DNA from: Mobula hypostoma
Lineage: Eukaryota
Direction of reading: 5' to 3'
NCBI RefSeq assembly: GCF_963921235.1
Contig: NC_086097.1
Span: 241,430,001-241,494,000, forward strand
DNA: 64,000 nucleotides
Shown here: positions 22,547 to 34,794 of the stretch, in pieces
Layout of the letters: each line of letters opens with the position of its first letter
Position numbering within the stretch: position 1 is the first letter of the stretch
Translations under genes and position numbers: made by a program
Notes under the pieces: generated by a model
Seen by the model: only the letters and a program-made list of their open reading frames with translations
The model's database searches: none
What the model was told of the DNA's origin: nothing

Positions 22547-25500
22547 TGGACCTTAGAAGCAGGACCTTAGGGTGGTAATCTCGGGATTGCTGCCTGTATC
22601 ACGCGACAATGAGGATAGGAATAGAATGAGGTGGTGGATAAATGTGTGGCTGAAGAACTGGAGCAGGGGGCAGGGATTTAGATTTCTGGATCAATGGGAC
22701 CTCTTCTGGGGCAGGTGTGACCTGTACAAAAGGGACAGGTTGCATTTGAATCTGAGGGGGACTAACATCCTTGCAGGCAGGTTTGCTAAAACTGTTGGGA
22801 GTGGTTTAAACTAATATGCTTAGCGGGGTGAGAGCCAGCAGGTTTACAAGTAGATGATGGGTGTAATATGAATGTAAGGAAGGACAAGCAAATAACTGGG
22901 TACAACTGCAGAGTTAAATTGTATCACAGAGGCAAAATTCAAAAGGATAAAGAATGCAGGACTGAAGGTGCTGGATTTAAATGCACGTAGCATTCACAAT
23001 AAGATGGACGAACTTGTGGCGCCATTACAGATTGGTCAGTATGATGTTGTGGGCATCACTGAGTCGTGGCTGAAAGAAGGTCATAGCTGAGAGTTTAACA
23101 TCGAAGGACATACTATGTATCGAAAGGACAGTCAGGAAAACATAGGTGGTGGTGTGGCTCTGTTGGTAAGAGATAGAATTGATCTTTAGAAAGAGAATGT
23201 TGAGCCTTTGTGGGTGGAGTTAAAGAAAACTGCAAGGGTTAAGAAAACCATTATGGGAATCATATATAGGCCTCCAAATAGTAGCCAAGATGTGGAGTTG
23301 ACATTGCAAAGTGAGCTGGACAGGACATGTAATAAGGGTAATGTCACAATTATAATGAGGGGCTTCAATATGTAAGGGGATTGGAAAAATCGGGTTGGTG
23401 AAGGATCGCAAGAGAGGAATTTTGTTGAATGCCTACCAGGTGATTTTTTTGGAGCAGCTTGTGTTCAAGCCTACTTGGGGAAAGGCTACCTTAGACTGGA
23501 TGTTGTGTAATAAGCCGGATCTTATTATTCAGCTTAACAAAAAGGAACCCTTAAGAGGCAGTGATCATAATATGATTGAATTCATACTGCAATTGAAGAG
23601 GGAAAAGCTTAAGTCACATGGTCAGTATCGCAATGAAATCGTGGAATTACAGAGGCATAAGAGAGGAGTTTGCTGAGGTGGATTGGAGGGGAATACTGGC
23701 AGGGATGACAGCAGAGCAGAGCAAAATCCAACAAAATGCAACTAAAAAAGCTATAAGAAGAGAAAAGCTGAAATATGAGGGCAAACTAGTGATAATATAA
23801 AGCAGTATACCAGAAGTTTTTTTTTTAGTTATATAAAGAGTAAAAGGAAGGTGAGAGTTAATATTGGATGACTGGAAAATGATGCTGGTGTGGTAGTAAT
23901 GGGGGACAAAGAAATGGCAGATGAATTAATCAGAGTTTGCTTCAGTCTTTACTGTGGAAGACACTAGGTGTATGCCAAAGATACATGGGTGTCAGAGTGA
24001 CTATCATTACTTTTACAAAGGAAAAAGTGCTAAGCAGACTGAGAGGTCTTCAGGTGGATAAGTCACCTGGGCCAGATAGACTACATCCCAGAGTCCTGAG
24101 AGAGATTGCTGAAGAGATAAACTGATGCATTGGTCGTGATCTTTCAAGAATCACTTGTTTCTGGCATGGTCCCAGAGGACTGGAAAATGCAAATGTCACT
24201 CCACTCTTTAAGAAGGGTTGAACAAAAAAGAGAGGAAATTATAAGCCAGTTAGCCTAACTTCAGTGGCTTGGAAAGTGTTGGAGTCCATTACTAAGAATG
24301 ATGTTTCGGGATACTTGGAGACTAATGATAAAATAAATCAAAGTCAGCATGGTTTCTGTAAAGGGAAATCCCGCCTGATAAATCTGTTAGAGTTCTTCAA
24401 GAATTAACAAGCAGGGTGGACAAAGTTTGTCACTTACTTAAATTTTCAGAAGGCATTTGATAAGGTGCCATACACGAGGCTGCTTAACAAGATAAAATCC
24501 TATGGTGTTACAGGAAAGATACGACCATGGATAGAGGAGTGGCTGACAGGCAGATGGCTGCGCAGGGGAATAAAGGGTACCTTTTCTGATCGGCTGCCAG
24601 TGACTAGTGGTGTTCCTCAGAGAACAGTATTGGGACCGTTACATTTCACATTGTTTGTCAGTGATGTAGATAATGGAATTGATGGCTTTGCGGCAAAGTT
24701 TGCGAATAATATGAAGATAGATGGAAGGGTAGGTAGTGCTGAGGAAGCAATGTGATTGTAGCAGGACTTAGACAAATTAAATGAATGGGCAAAAAGTAAC
24801 AGATGGAATACAGCGTTGGGAAATGTACGATAATGCATTTTGGTGAAAGGAATTATTGGTGCAGATTATTATCTAAATAGGGAGAAAATTCAAACATCAC
24901 AGGTGCAAAGGAACTTTGGAGTCCTCATGCAAGACTCCCAGAAGGTTAATTCACGGGTTGAGTCTGTGGTAAAGAAGGCAAGTGCAATGTTGGCATTTAT
25001 TTCAAGGGGAAGAGAATATAAAAACAAGGAGATAACGCTGAAGTTTTATCAGACACTCGTCAGGCCGCACTTGAAGTATTGTCAACAGTTTTGGGCCCTC
25101 ACGTCAGAAACTATATATTGTCATTGGAGAAGGTCCAGAGGAGGTTCACAAGGATGATTCCAGGAATGAAGGGGTTAACATATGAGAAGCATCTGGCAGC
25201 TTTAGGACTGTACTCACTGGAATTTAGAAGAATGCAGGGGAATCTCCTTGAGACCCACCGAATGTTGAAAGGACCAGATAAGGTGGATGTGAAGAGGATG
25301 AAGAGGATCAGAAAAGGTACCCTTTATTCCCCTGCGCAGCCATCTGCCTGTCAGCCACTCCTCTATCCATGGCAGGGGTATCCAGAACTGAAGGACACAG
25401 CTTCAAAATTGAGAAGTGACCTTTGTGAACAGAAGTAAGGAGGAATTTTTTTAGCCAAAGAATGGTGAATTTGTGGAATGCTCTGCCACAGACTGTGGTG

Positions 25501-25694
25501 GAGGTCAGGTCTATGGGTATGTTTAAAGCTCAAGTTCATAGATCCTGATTGATCGAGACATCAAGGGATATGGTGAGAGGGCAGGTGTATGGGTATGAAT
25601 AGGATCTGGGATCAGCCATGATGAAATAGCAGAGCAAACTTGATAGGCTGAATGGCCTAATTCTGCTCCTCTGTCTTATGATCTTATGGTTGTA

Positions 25695-28000
25695 GGAACA
25701 GGTCAGTGTTGGACGAGTGAAGTTGAGTGAAGGTATCCCCTTTGGTTCAACAGCCTGCTTGTCCAGAGGTAATAACTGTCCTTGAACCTGGTGGTCTGAG
25801 ACCCGAGGTTCCTGTACCTTCTTCCTGATGGCAGCAGTGAGAAGAGAGCACGTCCTGGGTGGTGGGGGTCCCTGACGATGGATGCTGGCTTTCTGCAGCA
25901 GTATTTCGTGTAGATGCGCTCAATGGTGGGGAGGGCTCTAGCCAAGATGGTCAGAGCAGTATCCACTACTTTTTGTAGGATTTTCCATTCAAGACCATTG
26001 CTGTTTCCATACCGGCCAGTCAATATCCTTTCGACTACACATCTTTGGAAGTTTGCCAAAGTTTTAGATGTCATGCCAAATCTTTGCAAACTTCTGAGTA
26101 AGTAAGAAAGAAAGCCTTGCTTTCTTTGTAATTGAACTGACCTGCTGTGCCCTGCACAGGTCCTCTGAAATAATAACACTGAGGAATTTAAAATTATTGA
26201 CCCTCCCCACCTCTGATCCTCTGATGTGGACTGACTCATGGACCTCCGTTTTCCTCCTCCTGGGGTCAATAATCAGCTCCAAGGTCTTGCTGACATTGAG
26301 TAAGAGGTTGTTGTGATGGTACCACTCAGCCAGATTTTCAATCTCTTTCCTATATGACTGATTCATCACCACCTTTGATTTGGCCTACAACAGTGCTGAC
26401 ATCAGCAAATTTGAACTTGGCATTGGATCTGTGCTTAGCTAAACAGTCATAAGTGTAAAGTGACTAGAGCAAGAGGCTAAAGCACACAGCCCTGATGTGC
26501 ACCTGTGCTGGTGGAGAGCATGGAGAAGATGTTGTTGCCAATCCAAACTGACTGGGGTCAGCACGTGAGGAAATCAAGGATCCAATTGCACAAGGAGGTA
26601 TTGAGGCCAAGGTTTTGGATCTTATTGATTAGCTTTGAGGAGATGATGGTATTGAATGCTGAGCTGTAATCCATAAGGCACACCCTCATATATGCATCTT
26701 TGCTGTCCAGATGTTCCAGGGTTGGGTACAGAGCCAATGAGATGGTATCTGCTGTGGACGCGTCGCTCCGGTAGCCAAATTGGAACAGGTCTAATTCGCC
26801 TCTCAGGCAGGAGTTGATATGTTTCATTAGTAACCAGTCAAAACAGTTCATCACTGTGGATGTAAGTGCTACTGGAGAATAGTCACTGAGGCACATCACC
26901 AAGTTTTTCTTTGGCACCGGTACAATGGAAGCCTCAGACTGCCGAAGCAAGTGGTTCAAAATCTCTGTGAATTCTCCAGCCAGTTGATTAGCACAAACCT
27001 TTCCTACTTAGCCAGGTACTCCATCTGGCCTGGGTGCCTTTTGTAGGTTCACCCTCCTGAATGCTGCTCGTACATCAGCCTCAGAGACTGAAATCACAGG
27101 GTCAGTGGGGCTGTGGGAGTTAGATTAGATTCGATTATGAGGACACTCAGTCCTCGTTTATAGTCATTTAGAAATGCATGCATTAAGAAATGATACAATG
27201 TTCCTCCAGAGTGATATCACACAAAAACAGGACAAAACCAAAGACTAACCACATAATTATAACATGTAGTTACAGCAGTGCAAAACAATACCATAATTTG
27301 ATAAAAAACAGACCATGGGCACAGTAAAAAAAAAAGTCTCAAGTCCAATCGACTCCTATAGTCCCTGATAGCAGGCGGCAAAAAGGGAGAAACTCCCCTG
27401 CCATAAACCTCCAGGCACTGACAACTGACGACTGCCGATGCCTTGGAAGCACCCAACCACAGCCGACTGAGTCCGTCCAAAAACTTCGAGCCTCCAACCA
27501 GCCCCTCCAATACAGCCTCCCGAGCACCATCCTCTGCCGAGCGCCTTCAACCTCGTCCCAGCGGCCAAAACAGGCAAAGCCAAGGACTCAGGGGCCTACT
27601 CCTCTGGAGATTCCGGACCACACAGTAGCAGCGGCAGCAAAGCGGGCATTTCAGAAGTTTCTCCAGATGTTCCTCCGTACTCTCATGTCTGACTCCACCA
27701 AATCAGAATTGTGCACAGTCCCCTAGTTAGTGATGGCTCCTCCACGTTTTGATGGTCAAAGCGAGCGTAGCAGGCATTGAGCTCATCTGGAAGTGAAGCC
27801 CCGCTGTCACCTATACTGCTTGATCTAACTTTATAAGAGATGATAGTACCCAAGCCTTGCTACAACTGTCGAGCATCCTTCAAGTTTAATGCAAATTGCC
27901 ACTTCACCAGTGAGATGACTTTCCAGAGATAGTACCTGGACCTCCTGTAACTTTCTTGGTCACTAGACATGAAAACTTCTGATCTAGCCCTCAGCAGATT
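25695..28000 (-). mobile_element. Decayed Rex1/Babar LINE (RT region)
   Basis: IVPVPKK...DYSPVALTSTVMNCF...DYSSAFNTI...LCNWILDFLT (26558-26959) and LLLNVSKTLELIID. Confidence 0.88.
27121..27724 (-). mobile_element. Family X retroposon, copy 2 (slightly 5'-truncated)
   Basis: Tail (aatct)n, 3' hairpin gaggac-actca-gtcctc at 27139-27155; TSD agttag at 27118-27123 and 27725-27730. Confidence 0.8.
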
Positions 28001-28059
28001 GGGGTTGTCCACTGACTTTTGAAAAATACTATTATTATTAGTATTGGGGGCTACAGAAA

Positions 28060-28750
28060 TAGGTCCTTTGGCCCATCTAGTCCATGCTGAACTGTTATTC
28101 TGCGTAGTCCCATTGACCCTCCTGGATAATAACCCTCCATTCCCCTCCCATGCACATACCTATCCAAACTTCTCTTAAATGTTGACATTGAACCTACATT
28201 CACCACTTCAGCTCGTTCCACACTCTCACCACCCTCTGAGTAAAGAAGCTCCCCCTCATGTTCCCCTTAAACATTTCACCTTTCACCCTTAACCCTTAAC
28301 CCTTGACCTCTAAGTGGAAAAAATCTACTTACATTTACCCTATCTATACTCCTCATAATTTTGTATACCTCTATCAAATATCCCCTCATTCTCCTGTGCT
28401 CCAGGGAATATTCAAACCGATTCAACTCCCTATAACTCAGTTCCTCAAGTCCCAGCAACATCCTTGTAAATTTTCCCTGCACCCTTTTAATCTGACTGGT
28501 ATTTTTCCTGTAGGTAGGTGACTAGAACTATTCCATATTATGCCTTACCAACACCTTATACAACTTCAACATGACATCTCAACTCCCGTACTCAATTACT
28601 TTGATTTAAGACCAATGTACCCAAAGCTCTCTTTTCGACCTATGACGCCACTTTCAAGGAATTATCGATTTATATTCCCAGATCCCTTAGTTCTACCACA
28701 CTCCTTAGTTCACTGTCATTCACTGTGCATATCCTGTCCTGGTTTGTCCC
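28060..28750 (-). mobile_element. CR1 3' fragment
   Basis: FTRMLLGLEELSYRE...YSLEHRRMRG (28276-28482). Confidence 0.85.
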
Positions 28751-28879
28751 ACAAAGTGAATGAAAGATCATTCTTTCACTTGCGGAGAGTTGTCAGCGAA
28801 CAGAATTGAAATGTGATCACTGTATGTGATCTCAACAATTGGAACATTTCATTTCACAGAGGTCATGTACCCTACATGC

Positions 28880-29260
28880 CAAGGCCTTATAAGGCATTGG
28901 CCAATCTGCTCTTGTGAGCAATTTTAGTCCTTTATCCAAGAAAGTATGTGCTGTCATTCAAAAGGGTCCAGAGAAGTTTCACGACTATGATCCTGGGAAT
29001 TAAAGGCTTAATGCATGCAGACCATTTGATGTTTCTGCACCTGTACTCACTGGATCTCAATCAAACATGTCAAATATTGAAAGTCCTAGACAGAGTAGAT
29101 GTGGAGAGGATTTATCCATTGGTGGAGTATTCTTGGACCAGAAGGTGTAGACTCAGAATAGAAGAATGTCTCTTTAGAACAGAGAAGAGGAGGAATTTCT
29201 TTTGCCAGCTGGTAGTGAATCTGTGGAATTAGATGCCACAGATGGCTGTGGAAGCCATCG
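28880..29260 (+). mobile_element. CR1 3' fragment
   Basis: RVQRSFTTMI...RRNFFCQLVVNLWN. Confidence 0.8.
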
Positions 29261-29316
29261 GAGAGGAGAGTTAGGGATCAGGTTAGAGTTTAGAGACAGT
29301 GATGTGGGGGAATTAG

Positions 29317-29510
29317 TGAACACAAAATAATCTGCAGATGCTGGGGTCAAAGAAACACTCACAACAAGCTTGAGGAAATCAGCAGGTCGGGCAGCATCTG
29401 TGGAAAAGATCGGTCGACGTTTCGGGCCGGAACCCTTCGTCAGGACTGTAGGGGGAAGGGGCAGAGGCCCTATAAAGAAGGTGGGGGGAGGGTGGGAAGG
29501 AGAAGGCTGG
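29317..29510 (-). mobile_element. Penelope pLTR fragment
   Basis: Same pLTR as 51094-51300. Confidence 0.85.
29413..29447 (-). ncRNA. Minimal type I hammerhead ribozyme motif
   Basis: AGUC-CUGACGA-A-GGGU UCCG GCCC-GAAAC-GUC-GAC. Confidence 0.8.
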
Positions 29511-31848
29511 CCAGTTTCCCCATTCTTACCAGCGCTGAGATGAACTCGCACTTGTTGGAGTTTAACTTATGTGGGGACTGAGAGTTGTCTCCTGACCAGA
29601 GAAAGATTAGCAGATCAAGCAGCTTACCATGCACTGTATGGGATGCCAGCATGTCCAGAAGATGCCAAGATCAGTGCCTCTCCATCCCTGGGAATGGCCC
29701 GCATTGCCCTGGCAGAGCATTCATGTGGATTTTGCCGGACCATTCATGGGCACAAATTTCTTAATCGTGTAGCCCCCCCGGCCACCCCCAGGGTCGCTCG
29801 GCTCGCTGTCGTCTAGGGAAACAGCCTCGGCCCCGCCAAACTGGATACTTCGTTTGTGTGGATGCTGTGTAAGGTACCCCACACCACCCAAATAACAGAC
29901 AATACACTAGATGCAATTAAATGATTTACAGTTTATAGATATTACTGGAACTATATAATTAAAAGAGAATAAAATATAAAAGGAAAATAAAAGGCGCCAC
30001 ACTTATCAAAGTTCAATCTCTTCGTGCACAAAAACCGTTGGAGCTCAAGGACCTTCTTCTTCATCCTGCGACCCCCTCGGACCACCTCGACCGGCCACCT
30101 GGGACCAGCAACGGTGGTCAACCAGACGCTCCACACGAGTCCGTCTCCATCTCCTAGCCGAACGTCCCGCTCGGGGTCCGACCCCGTTAGCGGATATCAC
30201 AGCACCTCGTCCATCCTCTGTCTCGCTCTCCCGCCTTCTGCCCCAAAACCCCGCGCATACAATATCTTCAAATACACCAAAACCATAACAACTATCCCAA
30301 TTGGTTAATAGCACTCTCTTATCAGACTCTAAAGGAAAAACAAACTGTTAGCGCAAACTTTCTCAGTGTTTAACACAACAAAGCCGCATTCCCCAGATTA
30401 ACATAACAAAGACGCCATTTTAATTAGCCTCCGCAGTAACATAAAAATCGAAACCCCCCCTACAGTCGTAGCGGACGCATCTACAAGGTGAACAGAGGCG
30501 TTCCCAATGACCTCTACTACAGCCTCACACACTGTTGACATGTTCAGAAGTGTATTACCAAGGACTGGTGTTGAAAGAACTTAGTCAGTGACAATGGACC
30601 TCGGTTTGTGGGAGAACAGCTTCAATCACTCCTAAAAATAAATGGAATAAGACATATTACATCTGCACCGTATCATCCAGATTCAAATAGACAATAGGTG
30701 CAGGAGTAGGCCATTCAGCCCTTCGAGCCAGCACCACCATTCACTGTAATCATTGCTGATCATCCACAATCAGTATTCAGTTCCTGCCTTATCCCCATAA
30801 CCTATGATTCTGTTATCTTTAAGAGCTCTATCCATGGGTTGATATGGGTCCACAAGTGGGTTGGTGGAAAGGTTTGTCCAGAGCCTGAAGAACGCACTGC
30901 GAACAATGTCAGCAGAATACATTTCACTGACACTGAACCAGAAGCTTGCTAGTATTCCAAAACCCAACAGCTCACCAGCTATGCTGTTCCTGAGTTGACC
31001 CTTGTGCTCATGCTTGGATCTCCTCAAACCCAATCTCGGAAGGAGGATGCAGAACAGACAGTTGAGACAAGTCGAAGGCTCCTCAATCAAGGAGGTTCGA
31101 TGTTTCACTCCTGGACAAGCTGTCCTGGCGAGGGACTACAGAGCTGATCAAAAGTGGGTACTCGAGAAGATTAGGCAGAATGGGACCACTCTCCTACACA
31201 GTGGAGATTGCGTCTGATGTCATCAGGAGACAACACATCGATCGGTTGAGGAGAGCAGAGTCAATTGTTAGAGAAGAAGGTAGGCTACCGTTATCAGAAC
31301 CACTTCCTGCAGTCACAAAGTCAACTCCTACAACCACCACAGAGTAGGCCCCAGAATCTGAGATTGGTTCACTGCCACAAATCTCACCTGCTAAGCAGAA
31401 TGATCCTACTTTTCAGGAAAGATGTTATCCCACAAGAGTAAGAAAGCCTCCACAGCGATGAAATCTTTAGGCCGGAAGGGGATAATTTAAAATTTACTAT
31501 GCTGTAGATGTCTGTATATAGTAATTGTATTGTGCATATTGTTGAGATGCATTCTCTGTGGAGTTGGAGTTTACAGAAAGAGTTTACACTGTTGTATATT
31601 TAATATTTAAGTAATGTTTGAGTATTCATGTGTGTGTGTATATATATATTCATTTATTAAGTATTTGTGTTGAATTAAATAATTCATTCGGGGTTATATG
31701 AATAAATACGTAAATTATATAGATCATCACTCTACTATGTGATATATGCATGCCTCGTTTAAAGTAAATACCAAGTTAGAACTGCTTTCCTGGACTCCCG
31801 TGACTTCCTTTGAATTAGTTTAATGCTTTGAAGTTAGAAAACATAACA
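29510..31848 (+). mobile_element. Ty3/Gypsy LTR retrotransposon remnant: decayed integrase plus 3' LTR (31590-31848)
   Basis: Hand translation HPWEWPALPWQSIHVDFAGPFMG (~29683-29750), VSDNGPRF, ITSAPYHP, ERFVQSLK; LTR tgttgta...ataaca; interrupted by a solo LTR and a CR1 tail (~30685-30850). Confidence 0.85.
29768..30464. mobile_element. Solo LTR (697 bp) inserted in the Gypsy integrase
   Basis: Ends TGTAG...CTACA; 4-bp TSD atcg/gtcg (one mismatch); the integrase frame rejoins across it. Confidence 0.8.
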
Positions 31849-32547
31849 AAGGGCATTGATGTTTCCATATTGGGCCATGAGGCAACCAATCTCCACTGCA
31901 CATTTATAGAAGTTTGATGAAGTTTTAGCCGACATGTCAAATCTTCACAAACTTCTAAGTAGAGTCTCTGCCGTGCTTTCTTCGTAATGGAACTTATGTG
32001 TTGGACCCAGGACAGATCCTCAGGAATGATAACACCAGGAAATTAAAGTTGCTGACCCTCTCTGCCTCTGATTCGCCAATGAGGACTGGCTCATGGATCC
32101 TAGTCAGTTTTTGATTTGCACTTGCTTGTCAGCCCTTGCTGAGTATGTTGTATTTTATTTTAAGGCACTCGCCATCAGTCTTAAATTGATGTGTGCATTT
32201 AATGGAAAGACTCTGCAGGGGTTGCATAAATAGAGAGATTTAGGAGTTTGAACATAAAATTTAATGGAAATGCAAAGAGCCAGGCAGACAAAATCATTAA
32301 AAAAATACCAATTGAAAATTTTGTTTCAAATAGTGAAAAATATATTGTAGTGTTCACTTTATACAAAACATTCAATAAACCACAACTAAAATGCTATGTA
32401 TGTTCCTGCGTCCAAGGTCACTTTCAAGGACTTGACAACTTGGTTTCTCAATATTATTTGTATATTAATTTATTATTTGCTTTTTCTTTGCAGTATTTTC
32501 ACAGCTTTCCTTTGCACGTTGGTTGTTTGTCAGTCTTTGTGCGTAGT

Positions 32548-33975
32548 AGACCAGAAGACCATAAGATATAGCAGCAGAATTAGGACAGTTGGTCCTTCAA
32601 GTCTGTTCCCGCCATTTCATCCGCCACAATCTCCTGCCTTCTTTCTGTATCCCTTCTTGCCTTGACTAATCAAGGATTTATCAACCTCTGCCTTAAATAT
32701 GCCTAATAACTTGGCCTCCACAGCCACCTGTGGCAATGAATTCCACAGGTTCACCACTCTTTGGCTAAAGAAATTCCTCCTTATCTCCTTTCTAAAAGGA
32801 CACCCTTCTGCTCTGAGGCTGTGTCCTCTGGTCTTCGACTCCCCAGTGACAGGAAACATTCTCTCCACATCCACTCTGTTGAGGCCTTTCAACATTTGAT
32901 AGGTTTCAATGAGGTCACCCCTCATTCTTCTGAATTCTAGTGAATACAGGCCCAGTGCCATCAAACACTCTTCATATGACAGGCCATTTAATCCTGAAAT
33001 CATTTTCGGGAACCTCCTTTGAACCCCCTCCAGTTTCAGCACAGACTTCCTTAGATAGGGAGGGAGGGGAGGAGAAGATGGCAGCGCGCGCAGCCGCTCC
33101 GAAATGATATCGTATTTGTTAAGTAGGGGCCGTGCACACTCCTGATTTGATGGAGATGGACGTGAGAAGCACAGAGGAACATCTGGAGAAACTTCTGAAA
33201 TGCCTGCTTTGGTGCCACTGCTACTGTGCGATCGAGAATCTCCGGAGGGAAAGGCCCCAAATCCTCGGCTTTGCCTATTGCCTGTTGCCGGAGCCGGGGT
33301 CGAAGCGCTCGGCAGAGATGGTGCTCGGAGCTCGGTGTCAGAGGGCTGGTTGGTAGCCCGAAGTTTTCGGTTGGACTCAAGAGTCGGCTGTGGTCGGGTG
33401 CTTCCAGGATGCTGCATTGGCAAGTTTGCGGCGCTGGAAGCTCATGGCAGAAAGAGAGTTCCTCTTCCTTCTACCATCTGCATGAGATGATGGGACTTTC
33501 GAGAGACTTTGAGATTTTTTTCCATGCCCGTGGTCTGTTCTTCATCAAATTACGGTATTGCTTTGCGCTGTTGTAACTATATGTGGTTTTTGTCAGTTCT
33601 TTTAGTCTTGGTCTGTCTTGTGTTACTGTGATATCTTTCTGGAGGAACATTGTATAATTTCTTAATGCATGCATTACTAAATGACAATAAAAGAGGGCTG
33701 CATGTCCTCATAATCTAAAAAAAACTGCTCACAATACTCCAAGTGAGGCCTCGCTGGTGCTTTATGAAGTCTCAACTTTACATCCTTGCTTTTATATTCT
33801 ATTCCTCTCAAAAAGAATGCTAACACCGTATTTACCTTCCTCCCCACCAGCTCAACCTGCAAATTAACCTTCAGCAAATCCGGCACAATGAGCCCCAAAT
33901 CACTTTGCAGCTCTGACTTTTGAATTTTCTCTCTATTTAGAAAATAGTTAAGCCTCTCATTTCTTCTACCAGAGG
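32548..33975 (-). mobile_element. CR1 3' fragment interrupted by family X
   Basis: RPHLEYCEQF | PYLRKSVLKLEGVQRRF...KTRGHSL; tail (tcttatgg). Confidence 0.88.
33061..33716 (+). mobile_element. Family X retroposon, copy 3 (apparently complete)
   Basis: Starts ggaggagaagatggcagcgcgcgcagcc, ends aaatgacaataaaagagggctgcatgtcctcataatct; no clear TSD. Confidence 0.8.
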
Positions 33976-34794
33976 ACTGTTTTTCATTGATTACATTATT
34001 TTAATTTATTTTATTGTATTGTTTTGTTTTACTGTGAATGCTCACAAGAAAATGAATCTCAGGGTTAAATATACGTACTCTGATTATAAATTCACTTTGA
34101 ACTTAGAAAGTTTACTGAAGTTTCGGAGCATGTTGGGCATGGATGGCAGAGATTGGAAAGTTTGACAGAGATTACACGAGTTAATGGAATGATTTCTGTT
34201 GGGAATGCTGACTGACAGCCTTAAAAAGTTTTTAGTATTGCAATGGAGTAAACAAGAAACTATTTTCTCCATGATGTGGAGCTGGTATTGAGGCTCCCCA
34301 ATTTGAAATGACATAAGGTGTGACGGTGCAGAGATTAGGAGATGCTTCTGATCTCCATGAGTTACTGAAGTGTGTAATGTTTTGCCACAGAAGTGGCTGA
34401 GCCAATGCATCAGAACGAGCATCAAGTTTACTATCACTGACATATGTCCTGAAATTTGTTCCTTTGTGGAAAACCGTACAAAGCAATACATCATAAAAAC
34501 TATCAATGACAGTAAGAGATACTGTACTGTGCAAAAGTCTTAGGCACATACAATATATATAGTGAAAGAGCCTGTGACTTGTGCATAGTACTGTAGTAAT
34601 TTTATGTATTGTACTGTACTGCTGCTTCAAAAAAGCAACAAATTTTATGACATGTACATTAAAAATAAAAAAATTTAGTTAGTAGTGGAAAAATCAAACA
34701 AGTAGTGCAAAAATTAGAGGAAGACTGAATAAATATTGGAACTTCAGTTTAAACTCTTTATCCAATAGTTTCCAGACAGCAGTAGCAATGTTAA

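Larger units (their letters stand above)
17735..25690 (+). mobile_element. Old, essentially full-length CR1 (5' UTR, ORF1 Zn-finger plus esterase, ORF2, tail), split by the young CR1
   Basis: ORF1 remnants HICTRC...LELQL, VIGDSVVRG, IGTKD, RLHLN...GLN*; decayed ORF2 at 22815-25600; tail tcttatgatcttatgg. Confidence 0.9.

Noticed and set aside
19108..22556. Several 70-170-aa plus-strand ORFs
   Set aside because: Antisense shadows of CR1 ORF1 and ORF2
32617..33423. 268-aa ORF
   Set aside because: Chance chimera of antisense family X sequence and a CR1 ORF2 C-terminus
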